Assembly: GCA_963618015.1 (NCBI GenBank) | Contig: CAVEQS010000016.1 | Coordinates: 7,767 to 39,766 of the forward strand | DNA length: 32,000 bases | Origin: a bacterium | GTDB lineage: Bacteria > Bacillota > Clostridia > Oscillospirales > Oscillospiraceae | Reading direction: 5' to 3' | Part shown: one piece after another, positions 22,833-30,060 of the stretch | Position numbering within the stretch: position 1 is the stretch's first letter | Layout of the letters: every line of letters begins with the position of its first letter | The notes under the pieces: model-generated | What the model saw: the letters and a program-made list of their open reading frames with translations, nothing else | The model's database searches: none | What the model was told of the DNA's origin: nothing | Translations under genes and position numbers: made by a program

Positions 22833-22846
22833 TAGGAGGATGCCGG

Positions 22847-23095
22847 ATGGACAGCAAAAAACTTCGCATTGCCGAAAACGCGCTGCGGCAGATCGCCGAG
22901 CGCGAGGGAACGACCGTGGACGCGGTACGCAAGGAGATCCGCGCCGCGATCGCCATGGGGCGGAACGATCCCAGCCCCGCCGCCCGGGCGTTTTGGCAAA
23001 GCTTTCCCAGCGAGGGAAGCGAACCGACGCCGGAGGAAGTCATCCTCCGTCTGGCGGAGGAGTCCCGCCGCCGGGCAAACGGCGGAAAATTTTAG
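22847..23095 (+). CDS. Small cytoplasmic protein resembling the C-terminal half of the Spo0A effector domain, without the HTH part
   Basis: 82 aa, RBS AGGAGGA. By eye, IAEREGTTVDAVRKEIRAAIAMG...SEPTPEEVILRLAEESRRR parallels B. subtilis Spo0A [24 protein letters not shown]...AKPTNSEFIAMVADKLRLE. The Spo0A sequence is recalled from memory. Confidence 0.55.
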   Translation: MDSKKLRIAENALRQIAEREGTTVDAVRKEIRAAIAMGRNDPSPAARAFWQSFPSEGSEPTPEEVILRLAEESRRRANGGKF

Positions 23096-23105
23096 ACCGG
23101 GCAAT

Positions 23106-23137
23106 AAAACCGTGCGGTGTATAACCGTGCGGTTTTT
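23106..23137 (+). terminator. Probable terminator / duplicated ACCGTGCGGT element after the 82-aa ORF
   Basis: AAAACCG...CGGTTTT stem followed by T's. Contains two copies of AACCGTGCGGT (23108-23118 and 23123-23133). Confidence 0.4.
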
Positions 23138-23139
23138 CA

Positions 23140-23168
23140 TTGACGGCGGTTTCTTTTGCGTGTAGAAT
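23140..23168 (+). promoter_or_regulatory. Sigma-A-type promoter of the membrane-protein/dut operon
   Basis: TTGACG (23140-23145), 17 nt, TAGAAT (23163-23168). Confidence 0.55.
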
Positions 23169-23192
23169 CAAATCGAAAGGCGGTGTCCGATA

Positions 23193-24107
23193 ATGAAGAA
23201 ACGGCTCTTCGCGATCCTTTTCCTCTGCGCTGCTCTGGTGTTTGCGCTCTCCGGCGCAGTTCTCGCTGCCGACACGGTGGAATACGAATCTTCCGAGCTC
23301 GGCCTTTCCTTTTCCGCGCCGGCGGATTTCAAGATCGTCTCCCGGGATTCGTATGAAAATGATCCTGTGGTGGAGGAGCTTCCCTACACGATGGAAAACC
23401 TGGATCGGTGGTTTACGGGCGACGGGGACTGCTATTTTCTCGGCACGTCGGACCCCATGCGCTGTGTTTTTTCTCTGCGTGCCTACCCAAACGGCCGTGA
23501 CCACTTTGTTTCCGCCGTCGAAGATGGCGCGCTGGACATTCTTATGGATACCATGGCAGACCTTTTTGCCAAGGATGGTGCGGAAGTTCTGAGCAAGGAG
23601 ACGTATCCGCACCCGGAAAATACCATCCTACGGTTCGGATATCTCAACCCGGCCGATGATGGCACAACGGACTACAAAGTGTCCTTTTTCACTGCATGCG
23701 GTGAAAACTCCATCCGCATTGATTTCTGCTTCATGTTCAGCTCCGGTACACCGGAGGAGGACGCTCTCGCGAACAGCGTTATGGACTCCATGAAGTTTTC
23801 CGCTGCTGTTCCGACACCACGATCCCAGACAGGCTCTGTCAAAACCATCGTCTGCTGCGTTCTCCTTGTCGTTGTCCTCGCCGCGCTCTTTATCCTCAGT
23901 AAAAAGATACGCCGGGACAAGGAAGCCGCCGCGCAGGCCATGGCGTCCGACGCGCTTCCAAAGACGCCCGCCGTTCCGACGGAATCCCCCGCCGCTCCGG
24001 CAACGCTGGACGTGAAATATTGCCCCTACTGCGGCGAAAAGATCCCCGCCGCGAGCAAATTCTGCCCCAAGTGCGGCGCGCAGCTCCCGCCGCGCAGCGA
24101 GAAATAG
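23193..24107 (+). CDS. Single-pass membrane protein: signal peptide, extracellular domain, TM helix, Pro-rich linker and cytoplasmic zinc ribbon
   Basis: Signal MKKRLFAILFLCAALVFALSGAVLA|AD. TM helix IVCCVLLVVVLAALFIL followed by SKKIRRDK. C-terminal CPYC-X10-CPKC. Confidence 0.75.
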   Translation: MKKRLFAILFLCAALVFALSGAVLAADTVEYESSELGLSFSAPADFKIVSRDSYENDPVVEELPYTMENLDRWFTGDGDCYFLGTSDPMRCVFSLRAYPNGRDHFVSAVEDGALDILMDTMADLFAKDGAEVLSKETYPHPENTILRFGYLNPADDGTTDYKVSFFTACGENSIRIDFCFMFSSGTPEEDALANSVMDSMKFSAAVPTPRSQTGSVKTIVCCVLLVVVLAALFILSKKIRRDKEAAAQAMASDALPKTPAVPTESPAAPATLDVKYCPYCGEKIPAASKFCPKCGAQLPPRSEK

Positions 24108-24126
24108 AAAAGGAAGAAACAAGCCC

Positions 24127-24573
24127 ATGAAAATTCCATGCAAAAAGCTCCGTGAAAACGCCATATTGCCCACACGCGGCACCGCGCTCGCCGCGGGCGT
24201 CGATCTTTACGCCCTGCTGCCGGACGGGCAGGAGAGCGCCACCGTTGCCCCGCAGGGCAAATATCTCTTCCCCACCGGCATCGCCGTGGAGATCCCGGAG
24301 GGGTATGTCGGGCTCGTGTTCGCCCGCAGCGGCATCGCCACGAAGCGCCAGCTTGCCCCCGCCAACTGCGTCGGCGTGATCGACGCCGATTACCGCGGGG
24401 AACTGCGGGTGTTTTTGCAGAACAACGGCACCGAGCCGCAGACCGTGGAAAACGGCGAGCGGATCGCGCAGCTCGTCATCACGCCGTGCCTTGACATTGA
24501 GATCGAGGAAACGGACACGCTCTCCGAGACCGGCCGCGGCGCGGCGGGCTTCGGCAGCACGGGCACGCGCTGA
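24127..24573 (+). CDS. dut: dUTP diphosphatase
   Basis: 148 aa. Motifs AAGVDLYA, ARSGIA, GVIDADYRGE and C-terminal GRGAAGFGSTG. Confidence 0.93.
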   Translation: MKIPCKKLRENAILPTRGTALAAGVDLYALLPDGQESATVAPQGKYLFPTGIAVEIPEGYVGLVFARSGIATKRQLAPANCVGVIDADYRGELRVFLQNNGTEPQTVENGERIAQLVITPCLDIEIEETDTLSETGRGAAGFGSTGTR

Positions 24574-24592
24574 GGCGCCGGGAGGGAATGGT

Positions 24593-24949
24593 ATGAGTCC
24601 GAAAGTCAAAGGGATCCTCCGCATTTTTCTGCCTGCGCTCGCCGTCGGCATTCTGCTCTCGCTGCTCTTTCTCGCGCTGATGAACGGCCCGCTCGCGCAG
24701 CCTGCCGCCGAGCCGACAGCTGCCCCCACGGCAACCCCCGCCGCGGAGGCGACGCCGTACGATCCGTCCGTGACGCCGGAGCCGACGCAGCCGCCGGACA
24801 GCCTGTTTGCGGGCATGACGAAGGACGAGATCGAGTCCAGCCCGTGGATGCTCGCGGCCTACGCCGCCGCCGTTTTCGGCGGCATCGCCATGGCGCGGCG
24901 GATCAAAAACCGCAATGCCAAAAAAACACAGAAAACAAAGAAGAAATAA
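24593..24949 (+). CDS. Small membrane protein with two TM segments and a Pro/Thr/Ala-rich loop
   Basis: Start chosen at MSPKVKGILRIFLPALAVGILLSLLFLAL (RBS GGGAGGG). Second helix WMLAAYAAAVFGGIAMA, then a Lys-rich tail. Confidence 0.6.
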   Translation: MSPKVKGILRIFLPALAVGILLSLLFLALMNGPLAQPAAEPTAAPTATPAAEATPYDPSVTPEPTQPPDSLFAGMTKDEIESSPWMLAAYAAAVFGGIAMARRIKNRNAKKTQKTKKK

Positions 24950-24956
24950 AAATCCA

Positions 24957-24989
24957 TCGGCGGAAGCACTTGACGTGCTTCCGCCGATT
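24957..24989. terminator. Bidirectional intrinsic terminator between convergent genes
   Basis: 14-bp stem ATCGGCGGAAGCAC-ttgac-GTGCTTCCGCCGAT, flanked by A-rich and T-rich runs. Confidence 0.75.
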
Positions 24990-24997
24990 TCCGTTTG

Positions 24998-26032
24998 TTA
25001 AAAGGCCTCTTCTCTTTCCGTGCGCCGCTCCACATCGCGCACGAGCGCTTCAAAGCGCCGGGCGGTGTCCGGGCTGTCGGACTCGATGCAGAGCGCCGCG
25101 CGGTCGGCGCAGGGGGCGATATGCACCCCGCCCGGGACCGATCTCACCGTCAGCCCGTCGGTGAGATCGGCGCCAGCCTCCATGAGCCCTGTGGTGAGCG
25201 CGCGCATGAGCCGCGCGCGGTGCGGCGCGCCGCAGTACACCCGGCAGGCATACCGCGCCCGCTCCGGAGATGCGTCCGGCGCGCGCTCGATCGTGCTGCT
25301 CTCCTGCTCCGGCAGACGAAGCCGCCCCTCCCAGGCGTCGAGATTCGCGCGGTAATACGAGCCGGGGTCGCCGATATCGCGCCAGTAGCCCTCCATCGGC
25401 ACGCCGCGGATGCCGCGCCCGGACGCCATCAGCCGCGGGAAGAGATCGCGCGCAAAGTCAAAGGGCGTATCCGCCGGGATGAAGCGCAGCACCTCCGGGG
25501 ACAGCACATAAATGCCGGTGTTCACAAGATCGGTGACGACGCGCTCCCATGCGGGCTTTTCAATGAAGCTCCGCACCCAGCCCTCGCCGTCCGTTACGGC
25601 GAGACCGTAGGGCAGCGGCGCCTCGTGCGGATAGAGCGCCATCGTCACGGCGGCGTGCGCGCGACGGTGCTCGTTCCAGAGGGAGCGGAGGTCAAAATCA
25701 CACGCGGCGTCGCCGCTGATGACAAGCACATTGTCCCCCGCGATGAAATCCTCGCAGTTTTTCACCGCGCCCGCGGTGCCGAGCGAGTGCTCCTCGCGCC
25801 GGTACTGCATGTGCACGCCGAAGCCGCTCCCGTCGCCGAAATACCGCTCGATCTGCTCGGGCAGGCACGCCGTCGTGCAGCAGAGATCGCGAAAGCCGCA
25901 GCGCTTTAAAAGGGCGATGATCCTCTCAAGCATCGGCGCGCCGAGCAGCTCCGCCATGGGCTTGGGCACCGCGCCGTGCGTGACCGGCGCGAGCCGCGTC
26001 CCTCTTCCTCCCGCCAAAATGACCGCTTTCAT
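24998..26032 (-). CDS. Sugar-phosphate nucleotidyltransferase with a C-terminal extension resembling phosphohexomutase domain IV
   Basis: Start chosen at MKAVILAGGRGTRLAPVTHGAVPKPMAELLG (ATG at 26032), which carries the GGxGTRLxPxT signature. The C-terminal roughly 90 aa contain DGLTVRSVPGGVHIAPCADRAALCIESDS. Confidence 0.8.
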   Translation of the reverse strand: MKAVILAGGRGTRLAPVTHGAVPKPMAELLGAPMLERIIALLKRCGFRDLCCTTACLPEQIERYFGDGSGFGVHMQYRREEHSLGTAGAVKNCEDFIAGDNVLVISGDAACDFDLRSLWNEHRRAHAAVTMALYPHEAPLPYGLAVTDGEGWVRSFIEKPAWERVVTDLVNTGIYVLSPEVLRFIPADTPFDFARDLFPRLMASGRGIRGVPMEGYWRDIGDPGSYYRANLDAWEGRLRLPEQESSTIERAPDASPERARYACRVYCGAPHRARLMRALTTGLMEAGADLTDGLTVRSVPGGVHIAPCADRAALCIESDSPDTARRFEALVRDVERRTEREEAF

Positions 26033-26217
26033 CTTTGTATAAAAGCTCCTTTTTTCTTTTTTTACGGAGGAAGTTTCTGCATTGACGCGAAAAAATATGC
26101 AGAGCGCGGAAGAATGCGGCGAAAAGGTCTCGCATTCTTTGGATATTTGTGGTATATTATATTCTGTATTTTTATCTGCCCGCCCTGTGTTTCCGGCGGG
26201 CATGGGGAGAGGATACC

Positions 26218-28227
26218 TTGAACAGCCGCAAACCGCAGAAATTTGCCGAGCCGGGCATTCGTATGTGCCTGGTCATCATGCTCCTGTTCGCGCTTGTGAC
26301 CTTCTTTTTTGCCCGCTTCAACCGCTACATTGCCTACGGCGAGGCGGCTGTCACGGTGCTGCTCGCGATCTACGCGCTCATCCGCGCGAGAGCGCGCCAG
26401 AAGGAGCTGCAGGCGTTCGTTGAGAGCGTCACGTATAATGCCGAATCCGCCACGAACAACACGCTTATCCACTTCCCGCTGCCGATGGCGGTGTTCCGCC
26501 TGAACGACAGCGGCGTTGTCTGGGGCAACCAGCCGTTCTGGGAGATGTGCGGCCGGACGAGCCCCGCGTTTGACGCGAAGCTCGCCTCGCTCGTACCGGA
26601 GTTCAACAGCAAGTGGCTGCTCGAGGGCAAGAGCCGCATGGCCGAGCTTCTGGAGGTCGACGGGAAAAAGTATCAGGTCAACGGCAACATGGTCCGCGCC
26701 GGAGAGCGCGAGGAGACCTATGAATTCATGGGCATCACCTACTGGGTGGATGTGACCGAGTACGACGACGTGAAGCAGGAATATCTTGCCACGCGCCCGG
26801 TCGTGATGGTCATGCTCGTGGATAACTACGACGAGCTCATGAAGCCGCTCACCGACCGCCAGCGCACCGAGCTGCGCGGCCAGCTGGACATTGCCATCGA
26901 GAAATGGTGCGAGGGGCGCGGCGGCATTCTCCGGCGCGTGGACCGCGACCGGTACATCTTTATATTTGAAAAGCGGCATTTGGATGAGATCACGAAAAAC
27001 CGCTTCACGCTTGTGGAGAGCATCCACTCCATCGTCAATCTCACGGGCATCCACGCCACGGTGAGCATCGGCGTCGGGCTCGACGGCGCGAACTACGACG
27101 AGGATTACTCCTTCGCCACGCTCGCCGAGGACATGGCGCTCTCGCGCGGCGGCGATCAGGCCGTTGTGAAGAACAAATTCAACTTTGAATTTTTCGGCGG
27201 GCGCGGCGCAGAGGTCGAAACGCGCACAAAGGTCAAGTCCCGCGTCATGGCCAACTCCCTCTCCCGGCTCGTGCAGGACGCCTCGCAGGTGTTCATCATG
27301 GGTCACCGGTACGCCGATCTCGACGCGGTCGGCGCGGCGGTGGGCGTGCGGTGCATCGCCCGGCGCTTCCACTGCCCGGCGAAGATCGTGCTCGACATGG
27401 ACAAAAACGCCGTCGGGCCGCTGCTCACCATGCTGCACGACGAGGAGGAATACCACGGCGCCTTCATCAGCGCACAGGAGGCGCTGCTCGAGGCCGACAG
27501 CCGGACGCTGCTCGTCGTAGTGGATACCAACCGCCCCGAGCAGGTGGAGGACGAATCGCTGCTCACCGCGTGCAGCAACCGTCTCGCGGTCATCGACCAC
27601 CACCGGCGCGCCGCAACGTATATCAAAAATGCCACGCTCACGCTCTATGAGCCGAACGCCTCGTCCTCGTGCGAGCTTGTCACGGAGCTCATGCAGGAGC
27701 TGTGCGAGCCGGCGGACATTCTCCCCTTTGAGGCAGACGCCGTGCTCTCCGGCATTGTGCTTGACACGAAAAACTTCACGATCCGCACCGGCGACCGCAC
27801 GTTTGACGCCGCGGCGTTCCTCCGCCGCAGCGGCGCAGACACCACGCGCGTGAAGAAGCTCTTCCAGAACGGCATGGAGGAGACCATGGAGCGCTACGAC
27901 ATTATGAAGCAGGCGCGCATCTACAAGGGCATCGCCGTGGTCGCCGCGCAGGAGACGCAGAACCGCATCGTTGCCGCGCAGGCCGCGGACGAGCTTTTGA
28001 ACATTTCCGGCGTGAACGCGAGCGCGGTGCTCTACCCCACCGGCGACGGCGGCGTCGCGGTGTCGGCACGGAGCATCGGCGATGTGAACGTGCAGGTGCT
28101 GCTCGAAACGCTCGGCGGCGGCGGCAACCGCTCGGCCGCCGGGGCGCAGATCGCCAATTGCTCGCTGCGCGACGCGGTGAACAAGCTCTTCGCCGCCATC
28201 GACGAATACCGCGCCACCGATAACTGA
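26218..28227 (+). CDS. gdpP: Cyclic-di-AMP phosphodiesterase GdpP (2 TM, PAS-like, degenerate GGDEF, DHH/DHHA1)
   Basis: Motifs SRGGDQAVVK, GHRYADLDAVGA, VVVDTNRP, AVIDHHRR, VLDTKNF, GGGGNRSAAGAQ. It is followed by rplI-dnaB, as in other Firmicutes. The start is uncertain: TTG at 26218 (after GGAGAGGA) or ATG at 26263. Confidence 0.88.
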   Translation: MNSRKPQKFAEPGIRMCLVIMLLFALVTFFFARFNRYIAYGEAAVTVLLAIYALIRARARQKELQAFVESVTYNAESATNNTLIHFPLPMAVFRLNDSGVVWGNQPFWEMCGRTSPAFDAKLASLVPEFNSKWLLEGKSRMAELLEVDGKKYQVNGNMVRAGEREETYEFMGITYWVDVTEYDDVKQEYLATRPVVMVMLVDNYDELMKPLTDRQRTELRGQLDIAIEKWCEGRGGILRRVDRDRYIFIFEKRHLDEITKNRFTLVESIHSIVNLTGIHATVSIGVGLDGANYDEDYSFATLAEDMALSRGGDQAVVKNKFNFEFFGGRGAEVETRTKVKSRVMANSLSRLVQDASQVFIMGHRYADLDAVGAAVGVRCIARRFHCPAKIVLDMDKNAVGPLLTMLHDEEEYHGAFISAQEALLEADSRTLLVVVDTNRPEQVEDESLLTACSNRLAVIDHHRRAATYIKNATLTLYEPNASSSCELVTELMQELCEPADILPFEADAVLSGIVLDTKNFTIRTGDRTFDAAAFLRRSGADTTRVKKLFQNGMEETMERYDIMKQARIYKGIAVVAAQETQNRIVAAQAADELLNISGVNASAVLYPTGDGGVAVSARSIGDVNVQVLLETLGGGGNRSAAGAQIANCSLRDAVNKLFAAIDEYRATDN

Positions 28228-28263
28228 ATCAAAAAACCATCAGACCGAAGGAGGTCATATACC

Positions 28264-28710
28264 ATGAAAGTTATTTTCCAGCAGGATGTCCGCGGACAGG
28301 GCAAAAAGGGCGAGATGAAGGAAGTCTCCGAGGGCTACGGCCGCAACTACCTTCTCCCCCGCGGTCTCGCCGTTGAGGCGAACAAGGACAATCTCAACAC
28401 CCTGGCGCTCAAGGAAAAGGCGAAAAAGGCGCAGGAGGCGCGCGAGCGCGCCGAGGCCGAGGAAGCCGCCGCCAAGCTCAAGGACGTCATCGTCACGGTG
28501 CGCGCCAAGGCCGGCGCGAACGGGCGTCTTTTCGGCAGCGTCACATCCCAGGAGATCGTGGACGCGCTGCGCGAGCAGCACGGCGTCTCCATCGAGAAGA
28601 ACCGCATCGTGCAGGCCGAGCCCATCAAGAGCTTCGGCAGCTTTGAAGTTAAGTGCAAGTTCGGCTACGGCATCGACGGCACCGTACAGCTCCTCGTCAT
28701 CGAAAAGTAA
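28264..28710 (+). CDS. rplI: 50S ribosomal protein L9
   Basis: MKVIFQQDVRGQGKKGEMKEVSEGYGRNYLLPRGLAVEA. 148 aa. Confidence 0.95.
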   Translation: MKVIFQQDVRGQGKKGEMKEVSEGYGRNYLLPRGLAVEANKDNLNTLALKEKAKKAQEARERAEAEEAAAKLKDVIVTVRAKAGANGRLFGSVTSQEIVDALREQHGVSIEKNRIVQAEPIKSFGSFEVKCKFGYGIDGTVQLLVIEK

Positions 28711-28716
28711 GAGCGG

Positions 28717-30060
28717 ATGGAAGAACTGCTCGGACGGCGGGTGCCCTGGTCTGCGGAAGCGGAGCAGGCGGTGCTCGGCTCGTGCCTGATCGACCCGTCC
28801 TGCCTGCCGGACGTCATGACGGCGGTGCGCGGCGCGGATTTCTATCTGCCGCAGAACCGGGAGATCTTTGAAACGATCTTCTCCATGTTCACCTTCGCCA
28901 AGCCCATCGACCCGGTCACGGTGCTCGATGAGATGAAGGTGCGCGGCGTTTACCATGACGAGGGCTCGCAGCAGTATATCCGCGAGCTGATGCGCCTGAC
29001 GCCCACGGCAGCGAACGTTTTGAAATACGCCGCCATCGTGCGCGACCAGGCGCTGCTCCGCAACGTCATCACCGTGTGCGAGGAGACGGTCGAGGCCGCG
29101 TCCTCCGGCGCGGGCGAGGCCGGGGATGTGCTCGATCTCTGCGAAAAGAAGATCTATGCGCTGCGGCAGGATCGCGTTGTCGGCGGACTGATGCCGGTGT
29201 CGCAGGTCGTGAACAGCGTCTACTCCAACCTTTCCGAGCTCGCCGCCTCCGGCCAGCCGATCCCCGGCATCCCCACCGGCTTCCGGGACGTGGACCGGCG
29301 CATCATGGGCATGAACAAGGGCGACTTTATTCTCGTCGCCGCGCGCCCCGGCATGGGCAAAACGAGTATCGGCCTGAACATCTGCCTGAACGCCGCGAAG
29401 GCCACCGGAAAGACCGTTGCCATCTTCTCGCTCGAAATGAGCCGCGAGCAGCTCGTAACGCGCTTTCTCTCCAGCGAGGGAGAAGTCCCGCTCGGAAATC
29501 TTCTCACAGGCAATCTCTCGATGGACGAGTGGAAGCGCACGGCGCATGCCTGCGCCGCGGTATCCTCGCTCGATATTCTTGTAAACGACAACCCGACGCT
29601 CACCGTTGCGGAGATGAACGCGCAGTGCCGCCGGCTCAACAATCTCGGCCTTGTGATGATCGACTACCTGCAGCTCATGCAGGGCTCCGGCAGCAAGAAC
29701 AACTGGGCCAACGAGAGCCGCCAGCAGGTCGTCAGCGACATTTCGCGCATGATGAAGATCATGGCGAAGGAGCTGAACGTGCCGGTGCTGTGCCTTTCGC
29801 AGCTCTCGCGCGCCAACGAGCAGCGGCAGGATAAGCGCCCCATGCTCTCGGACCTTCGCGAGTCCGGCTCGATCGAGCAGGACGCCGACATCGTCATGGG
29901 CATCTACCGCGAAGGCTATTACAACCAGGAGATCGAAAACCCGAATCTCACGGAGCTGATCGTGCTCAAAAACCGCCACGGCGAGACCGGCAAGGACAAT
30001 CTCCAGTGGCAGGGCGAGTATACAACGTTCCGCGACGCCGACCGCTGGCACAATGAGTGA
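28717..30060 (+). CDS. dnaB: Replicative DNA helicase
   Basis: PWSAEAEQAVLGSCLIDP at the N-terminus. Walker A ARPGMGKTS, IDYLQLM, LSQLSRANEQR, SGSIEQDADIV. 447 aa. Confidence 0.95.
   Translation: MEELLGRRVPWSAEAEQAVLGSCLIDPSCLPDVMTAVRGADFYLPQNREIFETIFSMFTFAKPIDPVTVLDEMKVRGVYHDEGSQQYIRELMRLTPTAANVLKYAAIVRDQALLRNVITVCEETVEAASSGAGEAGDVLDLCEKKIYALRQDRVVGGLMPVSQVVNSVYSNLSELAASGQPIPGIPTGFRDVDRRIMGMNKGDFILVAARPGMGKTSIGLNICLNAAKATGKTVAIFSLEMSREQLVTRFLSSEGEVPLGNLLTGNLSMDEWKRTAHACAAVSSLDILVNDNPTLTVAEMNAQCRRLNNLGLVMIDYLQLMQGSGSKNNWANESRQQVVSDISRMMKIMAKELNVPVLCLSQLSRANEQRQDKRPMLSDLRESGSIEQDADIVMGIYREGYYNQEIENPNLTELIVLKNRHGETGKDNLQWQGEYTTFRDADRWHNE

Noticed and set aside
21265-23192. Integrated mobile element or prophage remnant
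   Set aside because: The lower GC and immunity-repressor-like XRE genes are suggestive. However, no integrase, recombinase, transposase, att-like direct repeats or tRNA target is visible in the window. It remains only a possibility.
26062-27603. 513-aa ORF on the minus strand
   Set aside because: It is antisense to gdpP and has the same low-complexity composition. Shadow ORF.
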